A stretch of DNA of 61,917 nt from Candidatus Sumerlaeaceae bacterium (GCA_051003195.1 JBPCLP010000046.1:1-61917); one strand, 5' to 3'. Shown: positions 18,851-29,134, counted from the first letter of the stretch. A program made the numbers and translations. The notes: generated by a model from the sequence alone, not told the origin.

Positions 18851-19548
18851 CTACTCTGCGGTTACCCGACAAAAACGGAAGCGGTTAGGTGGTTGCTCCA
18901 GTTCTGAATTGCGCTGTGCCCCGATCCACACTGTCGCCGGCCTTGCGACTGCACCAACGCGGTTCTCAGGGAACCATGGGCGTCCTTCAGGAACTACGAT
19001 CAGCAGTCCGTGGTCGTCGCCCAGTGCGGTGAACTGCGGATGCGTGTAGCCATGGAATGGAGTCATGCCGCTTTCGCGAATGCACTGTTCAACAAAAGTC
19101 GGCACGTCAGAGACGACAATGCCTATCTCGCTGATCCCAAGAATGTCTGATCGGCCGAAGTCACCTGTCGAGCTTCCGGGTAAGTCATGCCTTGCAATGA
19201 ATTCAAGGATGTTGCCTCCCGCGTCGTTGAAATACATATTCCAATCCTCGCCGCATTCAAAAAACTCCTCTTCCCATTTTTCAGGAGTTGCAATCCGCGC
19301 GTCTTCAGCCACTGCCGGGCCTCCTTCGCCTTATCAGGGGAAATATTGAATGCAAAGTGATAGCACGGCCGCTCGCCGTCGCCTCGCAGGTAAAAGATTA
19401 AATCCGACTGCCGTCCAACCCGCAGCCGCAGTTGACCGGGACCGTCGGCGATTACCGGCAATCCCAGCACATTGCTGTAAAAATCCCGCTGCGCCTCTAA
19501 CTCGCCGCAGTCGAGTTCCAGCCTCAGAATCCCGCCGCCATTGCTCAT
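18851..19548 (-). pseudogene. VOC/glyoxalase-family protein, frameshifted near 19270-19283
   Basis: N-half (RDFYSNVLGL...YHFAFNI) and C-half (YFNDAGGNILEFIAR...ISEIG) lie in different frames joined at an A5/G3 run. Confidence 0.8.
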
Positions 19549-19663
19549 ATTCACCACGTAGGCGAAGCTGCAATCATTGTTTCAGCCGACGTTGACCTTG
19601 CGGCATGACAGCATGTCGTCGCCGCTCTTCGGAATCTCTCCACCGCTCTCTCCGGGTTCAGGA

Positions 19664-20500
19664 TTACTCCTGAGTGTCGCGTGATGTGCGCAGCTTGCGC
19701 CACTCCGCGACCGACAATGTGGAGATCGGACCCAATAGAGGCGGACAGATTCGATACAACCGCCATAATAGCCGCGCATGGAATGGGAAGACAATCATTG
19801 CCCGGTTTTTCGCCACGCCGCGCAAAATTGCGGCCGCAGCTTGCGAGGGCGTCAGCATCAGCCATCGCGGCAAACGAGCGAGGTAATCCTTTTTGCTCGC
19901 GTTCAGGCAAATTGTCCTGTCGCCCATGCTCGTATCGACAAGGCTCGGGCACGCAACAGATACCTTGACGCCGAGACTGGCGGCTTCGGGGCGAAGCGAA
20001 ACGGAAAAGCCGATAATCGCCGATTTGGTCGTGCTGTAAGGCGTCAGGATTGGTGTGGGAATTAGGCCGGTGACTGAGGCAATATTAATGAGATGTCCGG
20101 TTCCCTGCGCAACCATTGCGTCGTAGGCTGCCAGGCTGCCGTAAATGACGCCCAAGAGATTTACATCCATGATTGTGCGCCATTGCTCTGAGGTAGAATC
20201 GCGGAATTCGCCCACGATTCCGATACCCGCGTTGTTGAACATGTAATGAAGTGCGCCGTATTTTGCCGTTGTCTCCCGCACCACACGATTCATTGCTTCT
20301 GCGTCCGAGACATCGACCTGAACTCCATGCGCCTTGCCGCCCGACGCAACCAGCCGGTCGGCGAGTTCAAGGGCAGCTTTGCCGTTTAGGTCGGCCACCA
20401 CAACCGTTGCTCCCTGCTCTACCATGGCTTCGCATAAGGCGCGTCCGATGCCGGAGCCGCCACCAGTCACGATTGCGACTTTGTTGCGAAAGGGAAGCAC
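19664..20500 (-). CDS. Short-chain dehydrogenase/reductase
   Basis: TGGGSGIG, NNAG, YSTTK catalytic motif. Confidence 0.93.
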   Translation of the reverse strand: MLPFRNKVAIVTGGGSGIGRALCEAMVEQGATVVVADLNGKAALELADRLVASGGKAHGVQVDVSDAEAMNRVVRETTAKYGALHYMFNNAGIGIVGEFRDSTSEQWRTIMDVNLLGVIYGSLAAYDAMVAQGTGHLINIASVTGLIPTPILTPYSTTKSAIIGFSVSLRPEAASLGVKVSVACPSLVDTSMGDRTICLNASKKDYLARLPRWLMLTPSQAAAAILRGVAKNRAMIVFPFHARLLWRLYRICPPLLGPISTLSVAEWRKLRTSRDTQE

Positions 20501-20629
20501 AGTAGCAAGGTGCAGGTTGATCCGAGGCTTCGCAATCAGAATTCCAAGGGCGCTGGTAGATCGCAGGGAAATTTCGGCTCTAAAAACAGGACATCAAAGT
20601 CTAACAAGCCTCAGCGCACCGCCTCTACG

Positions 20630-20684
20630 TTCCACCTCAGCAAATTGTACCCACAGGTTCGTACCGCTTACCGGGTGCCACCTT
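20630..20684 (+). repeat. att-like site 3: family-B (TGTACCCA..GGTTCGTACCGCTTACCGGGTGCCACCTT)
   Basis: Left flank ttccacctcagcaaattgtaccca is shared with 37266-37289; right flank CCACCTT is shared with sites 1 and 2. Confidence 0.7.
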
Positions 20685-21015
20685 CCATAAAACTACGCAA
20701 TTCGAGATTGCCGTTCCTGCTTCGCACTTTTCAATGGCTTTAAGGTCCTGGCAAAGCGTCACTACAAATGCCCAGTACGCGCTTTGCACGACCACGTCTG
20801 CTGGAGCGATTTCGGATCAGTCGAATTCTACAGAACTGAACTGAATGCGATTTTCTTTCCTCGCACGTTCTTGTAAGATTCCGTCTTTTCTCTATGGACC
20901 ACGAAAGCTTAAGGAACGACTTTTCTTGCTTTTGGCCGAGACCTTAGGCGACTTGCACAAGCTTAATTGTATCAAACGAGATGTTGGGGAACGTCGCCAG
21001 GAAAAGGGAATTAAA

Positions 21016-21435
21016 ATGCCGACTCTGAGTCATAATATCGACTGTGATGCTAATCCTTTCACGCCGACCGGATGGTCTGTTGCCGAGCATAAGCAGAGTG
21101 GACAGCTGGAGTGGGATCCTCTAAAAGTGCAGCTGTATTATTCCGAAAGCCAGCAGAAAACTCTGCCCATTGAAGGGATGCAACTGCGCGAGGAGCTGGT
21201 CACCAAAACAGTTCTGAACGCCAATATTCTCGACTATCTGCTCAAGAATCCGCAGCAGATTCCTGAGGCATGGAAAGGGAAGGCGATCTTCTTCTGGGGC
21301 ACGATTTATCGTCGGTCGGACAGCTTGCTTGAGGTTCGCTGTCTCTGCTGGAACGGCACTCGGTGGGATTGGGGTCATTACCCGCTCAACCGCCACTGGG
21401 ATTTCAGCAATCCTGCAGCACTCCTGGCAACATAA
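21016..21435 (+). CDS. Hypothetical protein (Trp-rich C-terminus; resembles a family I recall from CPR bacteria)
   Basis: ATG 21016 after aaggga RBS; IDCDANPF..GW, VLNANILDYLL, FFWGTIYR motifs. Confidence 0.7.
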   Translation: MPTLSHNIDCDANPFTPTGWSVAEHKQSGQLEWDPLKVQLYYSESQQKTLPIEGMQLREELVTKTVLNANILDYLLKNPQQIPEAWKGKAIFFWGTIYRRSDSLLEVRCLCWNGTRWDWGHYPLNRHWDFSNPAALLAT

Positions 21436-21509
21436 TCGCGCGCGGGTCACCCAAAGATAAGAGCCAGGCGGCCGTCGGAGAAAACTAACCTGCAATCTCA
21501 GCCAAGTGT

Positions 21510-21693
21510 TGTGCCACTTTTTGTGCCGCCGCGTGGCACCTTGGAAGCACCTCTGTACTGCCTCCTGGCGGAATGGATCAGATCTGCGTTTCAATTAACT
21601 CGTTTCGCGGCCTTATATATCAAGGCTCGGCGGAATCCGCGGGTAAGCCGTGACCCCCTACAGCGTTGGGTCGAATCCAGTACCGGGGTACCA
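21510..21693 (+). repeat. att-like site 4: family-A arm plus core GGGTCGAATCCAGTACCGGGGTACCA
   Basis: Colinear homolog of 1054-1241. Confidence 0.8.
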
Positions 21694-21758
21694 TTTTTCC
21701 TGGTACACTTCTAAAACAGTCGGAGCTGTCTCCAGGAATTATTCGGCTCACATTCGCT

Positions 21759-22874
21759 TCAATGAGGCTTTGTACTAATTGATCTGGCTCTGCGTTCGAC
21801 TTCCCGGATAACCGAGAAAAGAAAGTGTAGCTGAATACGCACCTGATCCCGGATTGGAATCGGGGCATAAGTCCCTTCAAGCCGTGCGCTTAAGTAGTAC
21901 CAGAACACGTTCTCAATAGATTCAGCCTTCCGCTCATTTCCACGTTCCTTCAACACACGCAAGCCGCACGAACCAACGCATATGGCGAACATACGTTCCT
22001 GACGCATTCTCTCACGGCATGACTTTGCGCATCGGATCAATGCGTGCTCTTCTTCACAAGATGGGCGCAATTCGTTTATTAAAAACTCGTATTCCGCAAG
22101 AGCGGCTCTAAACTGCTCGCGTACGCTCTCGTCCGTCTCACGCGGTGGCATCAGCTGCCGGTATCCACGCGATTCGCAGATCATGCTGAGGCAGCGATCA
22201 TTTAGACCGTGTGCCCTTCCAAAGTACCAGTTGTCCTTCATCACCTGAGGTTTTACTGGCGCTAAAATTGGCGTCACGCCAATGCGACTTTCGTACTCGA
22301 AATGTTCCCCCAAGCCGTCGAGTACTGATTCTTCCGACACAAGTGCCCAATAACCGTGTCCCGGATAATGACTTTCGTCGTGCATGGCGAAAAGTAGTTC
22401 CGGTTTTGTTCGAACAATCGCCTTTTCCAATGCGAGTTCCTCCGGATACTCCGGAGCACCCCAGAAAGCAAGGTCATCCTCCCAGGACCAATTCAGGAAG
22501 GCCCGCAGATCACCGGGATATTGAAACCAGTGCTCGTTTCTGGCAACGCCGTCAGGGTTCAGGCATGGAATCATTGCCCAGTCATACCCCAGTTCATGGA
22601 TTGGTGAATGAGCATCTGCCAGTTGCGCACATAACCACATCAGGCTAAGGGAGCAGATCGGTTCGTGCGGATCCTCAAAACCCCATAAGAGGACAGTGGG
22701 TTTTTCGCCGCTACCAAAAGAAATGAGGTCGATTTCCCGTCCCAATCGCGAACGACCAATCGTCTGAACTCGGAATCCATGTATACCGACAAGCCCACGC
22801 GCGTGATTCGTAATCTCTGTTAGGTTTGGGTAGCGATCCGAGTCAGGGATTTGGTCCAGAAGGTCGAGGTTCAT
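21759..22874 (-). CDS. M14-family zinc carboxypeptidase-like protein
   Basis: IGRSRLGREI, GFEDPHEP, IPCLNPDG, FAMHD; start at ATG 22874. Confidence 0.75.
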   Translation of the reverse strand: MNLDLLDQIPDSDRYPNLTEITNHARGLVGIHGFRVQTIGRSRLGREIDLISFGSGEKPTVLLWGFEDPHEPICSLSLMWLCAQLADAHSPIHELGYDWAMIPCLNPDGVARNEHWFQYPGDLRAFLNWSWEDDLAFWGAPEYPEELALEKAIVRTKPELLFAMHDESHYPGHGYWALVSEESVLDGLGEHFEYESRIGVTPILAPVKPQVMKDNWYFGRAHGLNDRCLSMICESRGYRQLMPPRETDESVREQFRAALAEYEFLINELRPSCEEEHALIRCAKSCRERMRQERMFAICVGSCGLRVLKERGNERKAESIENVFWYYLSARLEGTYAPIPIRDQVRIQLHFLFSVIREVERRARSISTKPH

Positions 22875-23042
22875 AACCCTTTTTCTCTGTCGTAATCTGC
22901 GAAGTGTGCATCTCCTCCGCAATGATAATCAATCTCCATCCTGTTACACTGCTCAACTGTCGTATTGGATTCCTGGTATTCACACTGAGTAGTTCGGGAC
23001 AGTTGCTGAATCTGTCTTCATCCAACTCGAAGCACCTTGGCT

Positions 23043-23212
23043 CGTCGCTCCTCCGAAATTCGCCACTCGAGAATAGTGTACCCACGGGTTCGTACCAGGT
23101 ACCATTCGAAATTTTGTCTAAGCAAATTGGCGGTGCAGGATCTCGTGCACGAAAAAACCAACGGCCAACCAGGTTGCGTTTTGCTTTAGCCAATGATCCA
23201 AACAGCATCGTC
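23043..23212 (+). repeat. att-like site 5: family-B arm, core GGTTCGTACCAGGTACCA and conserved right flank
   Basis: About 170-bp homology with 25105-25282. Confidence 0.8.
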
Positions 23213-23452
23213 ATGGACCACGAAAAACTCGATGTCTACCGCGTCACCCTCGACGTGGTCACCCACATCGGCATTATTCTGAAATCCAAAGACATCGATC
23301 GCTCGCTGCGCGATCAAGTGTCCGCTCCAGCATTTCCATTCTTCTCAACATCGCCGAAGGCCCTGGCAAACGCTCTCCCGCAGACCCGCGTCGCTTCTAT
23401 GAAATCGCACGCGGTTCAGCCATGGAAACCGGCGCGGCCCTTGGTGTCCTTA
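23213..23452 (+). pseudogene. Four-helix-bundle protein (23S rRNA IVP / TIGR02436-like), frameshifted and truncated
   Basis: MDHEKLDVYR...LRDQ, then in a shifted frame SSISILLNIAEGPGKRSPADPRRFYEIARGSAMETGAAL. Confidence 0.82.
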
Positions 23453-23466
23453 CGCTCACGGGCATT

Positions 23467-24639
23467 TCATTTCTTTTCCGTGCTCGCAAATTTCCTGGCC
23501 AGCCAGAAGCGCAGCTTAGCGGAAGCTTCGGGGGCCAGTTCGCCCGTGAAGCCATGATCGTAGTCGGACTTCACACGCTTAAGGTTATGGCTGGCGTTTG
23601 GGACGATGTACACCTCATGATAGTCCGGGTGCCGCTTCTTCAATCCGGCGCTCAGAGCGGCAGTTTCCAAGCCGACCTTGTGCTGCAAATCCTTCTCTCC
23701 AGCGATCACCAGCACCGGCCCCGGAAAACGCGAAGCCCAAGCAGGCCCGCCAAAGCTGAGGAGGCTTTGCGCGAACTTGCCGGATTCGGGTGGATAGAGC
23801 CCTGCCAACACAGCAGGAACATCGTTGGGCACCCGCCCCGTCTTCTTAATGACCTCCATGATCGCGTCATTCTGCTTCAGAAAAAACCACGCGAACGGGT
23901 CACGCGCGAGTTGTTCGCGCAGAATCACGTCGGCTGGTCGCCCCGGCGTGGAGACGAGCACCAGCGCCGCAGGCGGTTTCTGAAATCCTTTGCCTTCCAC
24001 AGCCGCTTGCAGGATCAGCATACCGCCTTCGCTATGGCCGACCATGGCCGTACGGCTGACGTTGATCTCGTTCTGCTTCTGCAGGTAAGCGAGTGCAGCC
24101 GCCGCATCTCCCACATAGTTCTCCCACAGGGTGAATGCAGACAGCGCCTCCTGATCCTCGGGCGCCTTCTCACTGGCATACTGGCCGCGCTTGTCGTAGC
24201 GCAAGCTGGCGACTCCCTCCTGGGCCAATTGTTCGGCAATTTGCTTCAGGAGATTGATCTTCACGTCCAGGAGTGCGGAGTTGCCGTCGCGGTCGGTCGG
24301 TCCGCTCCCCGCTACTATGATCACGCCGGGTACTTCCGCATCAGACCTGCGGGCTGGGACGAGAAGAGTTCCGGCCAGCTTGACTCCATTGGCGCCCGGG
24401 AAAGTGACCTCACGCTGACTTTGTAGCACATCTTCGGCCTGGGCATGCGGTGCTGCGCCTGATGAAGCTCCCCATCCCAGAAGGCAGCTAAGCATTCCCA
24501 GATGTAACATCCGGATGCTATGGGACAGACCGGAGCGGATGTTGGCATGCCAGACTCCGGACGAGAGGACTTCCCGCCGGCGAACAAGTATTCGACAGCA
24601 GCAATTTCTGCCTAACTCAGTTATTTCTTCTCTATACAT
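23467..24639 (-). CDS. Secreted alpha/beta hydrolase (start probably about 24509)
   Basis: GSGPTDRDGN, RYDKRG, GHSEGG nucleophile motif, GEKD, ASHNLK. Confidence 0.9.
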   Translation of the reverse strand: MYREEITELGRNCCCRILVRRREVLSSGVWHANIRSGLSHSIRMLHLGMLSCLLGWGASSGAAPHAQAEDVLQSQREVTFPGANGVKLAGTLLVPARRSDAEVPGVIIVAGSGPTDRDGNSALLDVKINLLKQIAEQLAQEGVASLRYDKRGQYASEKAPEDQEALSAFTLWENYVGDAAAALAYLQKQNEINVSRTAMVGHSEGGMLILQAAVEGKGFQKPPAALVLVSTPGRPADVILREQLARDPFAWFFLKQNDAIMEVIKKTGRVPNDVPAVLAGLYPPESGKFAQSLLSFGGPAWASRFPGPVLVIAGEKDLQHKVGLETAALSAGLKKRHPDYHEVYIVPNASHNLKRVKSDYDHGFTGELAPEASAKLRFWLARKFASTEKK

Positions 24640-24752
24640 GGAAGTTTCTGCCTATCACGGAATTGTTCTTTCTTCGCTGCGGCAGTCATATGCAAGCGGG
24701 CGCGACGGGTTTCTAGGACAAATGTAACTCAAGGACCTCAAGTTCGCCATCG

Positions 24753-25097
24753 ATGCCGAAATCGTCCTTGGTAATTCGCGGAGATACGATTCGCCAAATG
24801 GGACCGTTAGATGAGATGCTGCGTGTTGTGAATGCAAATGGGGCGTTCATTTTGAAGCATACAGGCTATGCCAGGGAAGTGCCCTGGCTGAACGAGCAGT
24901 ACAAGGCGGCATGCGCCGAGCAGGAGTATTGCGCCGAACACATCGGAGCTCGGAGCACACGCGATGTCTTACATTACGCGCGGACCAAAGGCTGCCAGGT
25001 TGAGGAAATACAAAATCAATTCCAGCGCGTACCGGCGCAAGACGGCATGCGCTGCATTCAATATCGTTTAGCTGACTGCAGGCGGAACTTTGCATAA
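24753..25097 (+). CDS. Possible small hypothetical protein
   Basis: 114-aa ORF only; no recognisable motif. Confidence 0.25.
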   Translation: MPKSSLVIRGDTIRQMGPLDEMLRVVNANGAFILKHTGYAREVPWLNEQYKAACAEQEYCAEHIGARSTRDVLHYARTKGCQVEEIQNQFQRVPAQDGMRCIQYRLADCRRNFA

Positions 25098-25104
25098 TCT
25101 GGAA

Positions 25105-25294
25105 CGCCGCTCTTCCGAAATTCGCCGCTGCAAAATAGTGTACCCAGGGGTTCGTACCGGATACCGGGTACCATTCGAAATTTTGTCTAGGCGAATTGGA
25201 GGTGCAGGATCTCGTGCACGTGCAGGAAAAGCCCTAAAGTAAACCCGTTGCTTTTCGCTTTAGCCGATACCCGATTATATCTATGGACCACGAA
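25105..25294 (+). repeat. att-like site 6: family-B arm, core GGTTCGTACCGGATACCGGGTACCA and right flank ending in ATGGACCACGAA
   Basis: Homolog of 23043-23224; keeps the first 4 codons (MDHE) of the four-helix-bundle gene. Confidence 0.82.
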
Positions 25295-25429
25295 GCCGCA
25301 TTGCAGGCCTGCGCGACCTGATGTCGTGAGTTCACCGATTTTGCCGGGTGATCACTGACTGAGTTCTTGCTTTTGGCTGAGCCTGGGTTTCAAGCACCCT
25401 TTAGTTTACGCAACAGTTCGGAGACAACC

Positions 25430-26194
25430 ATGCCTATTACCGACAAACAGCGTTACCTGTTTGACCTGAACGGTTTCATTGTTCTGGAGAATCTGCTCGA
25501 TTCCTCAACGATTGAACTACTGACTAACCTCGTAACCGAAAATTATCAGCCCCCGGCAAAACTCACCCAGGAGAATGCCTACAGCTCTTTTCTCCATTGG
25601 GGAGAACCCGTACTGGACTTGTTGGTCCACCCGCAAATCGTGGAATGGGCTACGGAGCTATGTGGTCCGCGCCCCCGGCTGGACCATGCCTACTTTTACT
25701 ATATGAGGAAAAGTGAGCCCGAGGCACTGGGCCTGCACGGCGGCGGCACCAATGTTAATCACTCGGAATACTTCTACTTCAAAAATGGAGCTATGCACAA
25801 CGGGCTGATTGTTGTGGCGTGGGCTCTACAAGATACAGCTCCTGGGGACGGTGGTTTCTGCTGCATTCCGGGCTCGCACAAGGCCAATTATAACTACCAT
25901 TCCATTTACGGCAGTACAGATTACTCACCGCCGGTTTTGCAAGTACCTGTCAAAGCGGGTTCTGTCGTTATCTTTACCGAAGCACTAACCCACGGCACAA
26001 TGACGTGGCAGGCCGAACACGACCGGCGTACCTTTTTCTACAAGTATTGTCCCTCGGCAGGTGTGTGGGCAAGGTGGGATGAGTCGGTTTGGGACGCCCC
26101 GCGTAAAAACGTGCCCGCAGGCTGGCCTCAGGAAAAGCGCCACCTTGCAGAACAGCTTTTTGCTCCCCCCTGCATTTCCAATGAAAATTACTGA
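25430..26194 (+). CDS. Phytanoyl-CoA dioxygenase (PhyH) family protein
   Basis: YLFDLNGFIVL, LHGG, GGFCCIPGSHK, IFTEALTHG; ggaga RBS. Confidence 0.88.
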   Translation: MPITDKQRYLFDLNGFIVLENLLDSSTIELLTNLVTENYQPPAKLTQENAYSSFLHWGEPVLDLLVHPQIVEWATELCGPRPRLDHAYFYYMRKSEPEALGLHGGGTNVNHSEYFYFKNGAMHNGLIVVAWALQDTAPGDGGFCCIPGSHKANYNYHSIYGSTDYSPPVLQVPVKAGSVVIFTEALTHGTMTWQAEHDRRTFFYKYCPSAGVWARWDESVWDAPRKNVPAGWPQEKRHLAEQLFAPPCISNENY

Positions 26195-26213
26195 CCGCGC
26201 AGGAGAGGTTCGG

Positions 26214-26636
26214 ATGAACTATTGGGTATTTGTATTCGGCGCGATGATCATGTGGGGTTTGTGGGGATTCCTGCCCAAGCTTGCGTCGAACCGTCTCAGC
26301 TATACGGATGCAACTGTGTGGGAGTGGATAGGAATGAGCGTCGTCGCGCTGCCATGTCTCTGGATTGCGCGTGGGCGACCTGATTTCGGAAACGGAGCCG
26401 GTTGGTTCGCATTAGCAACGGGTGTCTGCGGGTTATTGGGAGCTTTGCTCTACTACAGGGCCATGGCATCGAGCGGTACCCACACTGCCAGTGTGATTGT
26501 TGTAAGCGCGCTCTACCCGGTAATTAGTGTGATACTAACAGTTGCTATTCTCGGGCATAAGATAAACATGGGGCAGGCGGCAGGCATAGCACTGTGCCTG
26601 GCCGGCTCAATGGTTCTCGCTCGCTATTCCAGATAA
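26214..26636 (+). CDS. EamA/DMT family small transporter
   Basis: MWGLWGFLPKLA, SALYPVISV; 5 TM segments; aggagagg RBS. Confidence 0.85.
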   Translation: MNYWVFVFGAMIMWGLWGFLPKLASNRLSYTDATVWEWIGMSVVALPCLWIARGRPDFGNGAGWFALATGVCGLLGALLYYRAMASSGTHTASVIVVSALYPVISVILTVAILGHKINMGQAAGIALCLAGSMVLARYSR

Positions 26637-29128
26637 AGTTGTTTATTGTAATAAAGAACTGGATTAAGGTTGGAAGCGCTAATCCAAATCCGCTGAACTT
26701 GCCGCGTTTGTCAGTGGCTAGCGCACTCGTTATTGGACTTGGTTTGGTCTTTTCAGGGAGTGCCAGAGCCGGAAGAGTTGAAACGCGCGACGGCCGGGAG
26801 ATTGTACATCTTCGCGTTTTCGACTACCCTGATACCAACGACCCCAACCCGTTTGTGCGAAGCGAAGTTGCAGTTCTGCATCATTTCCAGTCAGTGAACC
26901 CAAACATCGTTCTGGAACGCGGTGCTGGACTCACCGTGAAGGGAATGGAACTCGACGCGGCCCCGCTGATGGCCATCGCAGGCGGAGTAGCTCCCGACAT
27001 TATCCTCGTGAACTTCCGCCAGTCAGACAGTTACGTGCAGCAGGGTTTCCTCACGCCCCTGGACGACTATATCGAAGAGCTCAGGAAGGAATCCCCTGCG
27101 GAGCTGGATCAAATGATTCCACCCGCCGTCATGCCAGTTGCACACCGTGAGGGACCTGACGGCCAGACACACTACTGGATGGTACCAACGGATTTTTGTG
27201 TAACGGCGCTTTTTTACCGCAAGGATATGTTTGCCCAGGCTGGGCTGGATCCCGACGAACCGCCGCAGACCTGGGCCCAACTCATGTACTGCGCCCGCAA
27301 GCTGACCAACCCACAAAAAAACGTGCACGGACTTATGCTGATGGGCGGGCTGGACATGTCCTACCACTACATGAACTTCCTGTGGTCCGCCGGTGGCGAA
27401 TGCCTGGAACGAGATGCCGCCGGCCAGTGGCGCGCCGTATTTAACTCGGACGCTGCCGCGGAAGCTGCCTGGTTCGACAAAGAACTCATGACGACGACGT
27501 GGCAGGACTCCGAAGGAAAGCGCCGCGAAGGCTTCGCTTCGTCCAATTGGGATGACTGGCTGACGGGAAAAGTCGCCATGGCTTTTACGTATCTCGACAG
27601 CACGACCATCATCCGCGGAGCTTCGCCGGAACAGATCGGGATTGCTCCGGTACCGCGCGGGCCCCGTGGCGAACGCGGCTCCGAGATCAACTGTCGCATG
27701 AACGGGATCTTCAGTGGAGTAACAGACAAGCGCGTGCGCGACGCTGCATGGAAGTACCTGCGCTTTCTCGCGGGAACTGAAGCCCAGCGCGTGCGCGTGC
27801 AATCGCTGATCGACTCCGGTATGGGACGCCTGGTTAATCCGGTTCTTCTCAAGAAGTTTGGTTATTCGGAATACCTGAAGCGCGTGCCTCCAGGCCTGCT
27901 GGAAGTGTTCGAAGAATCCGTGCGAACCGGCCGCCCGGAACCCTACGGGCGAAACTGTCAGTACGTGTATCGTTATCTCAGCAGACCGTTGCAGGAAGTA
28001 GTTGAACTGGCATCGCGCAACAAGCTGCCCGAGACAAAGGAAGACCAGCTCAAATACATCCGCAGCCGACTCGATCACTGGGCTGCCGTGTGCAACGAGG
28101 AGATGATTGGTCACATTTCCCCCGATAAACAGCGCATGCGCACCATGGCCGCTTCTGTGATTGTGGCGCTTATCGCCGCCGGATTCCTGCTACTGTTCCG
28201 CTACGTTTGGCGCGCATTTACTCCTGAGCATTCTGCCGGTGGTCGCTGGCATTTGCGAAAGTACGCGATGGCTTATCTGCTGCTTGCTCCGGCGCTGGCG
28301 GCGATTTTGTTCTGGCAGTATCTGCCCCTGTTACGCGGCACTATCATCTCTTTCCAGAACTACTCCATTATTGGGAAATCCACGTTTGCCGGCCTGGACA
28401 ACTACGCAGCTGTTTTGTTTGATGCGGAGTGGTGGCACTCGGTGCTGGTTACCGCCAAATACATGCTGCTCATGCTGGCACTGGGATTTCTGCCGCCTGT
28501 GCTTCTCGCCATCCTGTTGCAGGAAGTCTCTCACGGAAAGATTCTCTACCGGACGATCTACTACCTGCCCGCGGTTCTCACGGGACCCGTTGTCATCTTC
28601 CTGTGGAAGCTGTTTTATGAGCCAACACCGGAAGGGATGCTTAACCAGGCGATCAGCTGGATCGGCCTGGAACCGCAGCGTTGGTTGCAGGATACGAGAC
28701 TGGCGCTGCTGTCGTGTGTCATACCGACGGTGTGGGCCGGTTTTGGTCCCGGAAGCATTCTTTATCTTGCTGCGCTGAAAAGCGTTCCTAATGAACTTTA
28801 TGAATCCGCCGATCTGGATGGCGCTGGCTTTCTGTCCAAAGTGCGCCACGTGGTGTTTCCCAGTCTCAAGGGAATCCTGATCATCCAGTTCATCGGGTTC
28901 TTCATTATGGCGGCACAGACCGCCGACTTTATTTTCATTATGACCTTCGGCGGACCGAACCACGCCACCTATGTCAGCGGACTGGCCATTTTTGAGAAGT
29001 CCTACATGTACCTGAAGTTTGGGCCGGCCACGGCAATGGCATGGATTCTGGCCACCATGCTCATCGGATTCACCATGCTTCAAATGAAACGGCTGTCGCG
29101 CATGCAATTTCGCGCGGCAGAAAGCTGA
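26594..29128 (+). CDS. Fused carbohydrate solute-binding protein and MalF-type ABC permease (start uncertain)
   Basis: SBP motifs (APDII, LFYRKDMF, PPQTW) followed by permease motifs (FAGLDNY, ELYESADLDGAG). Confidence 0.88.
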   Translation: MPGRLNGSRSLFQIKLFIVIKNWIKVGSANPNPLNLPRLSVASALVIGLGLVFSGSARAGRVETRDGREIVHLRVFDYPDTNDPNPFVRSEVAVLHHFQSVNPNIVLERGAGLTVKGMELDAAPLMAIAGGVAPDIILVNFRQSDSYVQQGFLTPLDDYIEELRKESPAELDQMIPPAVMPVAHREGPDGQTHYWMVPTDFCVTALFYRKDMFAQAGLDPDEPPQTWAQLMYCARKLTNPQKNVHGLMLMGGLDMSYHYMNFLWSAGGECLERDAAGQWRAVFNSDAAAEAAWFDKELMTTTWQDSEGKRREGFASSNWDDWLTGKVAMAFTYLDSTTIIRGASPEQIGIAPVPRGPRGERGSEINCRMNGIFSGVTDKRVRDAAWKYLRFLAGTEAQRVRVQSLIDSGMGRLVNPVLLKKFGYSEYLKRVPPGLLEVFEESVRTGRPEPYGRNCQYVYRYLSRPLQEVVELASRNKLPETKEDQLKYIRSRLDHWAAVCNEEMIGHISPDKQRMRTMAASVIVALIAAGFLLLFRYVWRAFTPEHSAGGRWHLRKYAMAYLLLAPALAAILFWQYLPLLRGTIISFQNYSIIGKSTFAGLDNYAAVLFDAEWWHSVLVTAKYMLLMLALGFLPPVLLAILLQEVSHGKILYRTIYYLPAVLTGPVVIFLWKLFYEPTPEGMLNQAISWIGLEPQRWLQDTRLALLSCVIPTVWAGFGPGSILYLAALKSVPNELYESADLDGAGFLSKVRHVVFPSLKGILIIQFIGFFIMAAQTADFIFIMTFGGPNHATYVSGLAIFEKSYMYLKFGPATAMAWILATMLIGFTMLQMKRLSRMQFRAAES

Positions 29129-29134
29129 TTCAGC

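Noticed and set aside
22904..23557. 217-aa ORF as a real gene
   Set aside because: It is a read-through of the att repeat into the first half of the four-helix pseudogene.
23422..24426. Long antisense/alternate-frame ORFs (also 27023-28114, 28331-29200, 7164-8093, 45809-46660 and 50519-51424)
   Set aside because: They are shadows of well-supported opposite-strand genes in GC-rich DNA and carry no motifs of their own, apart from the four-helix tail at the start of 23422.
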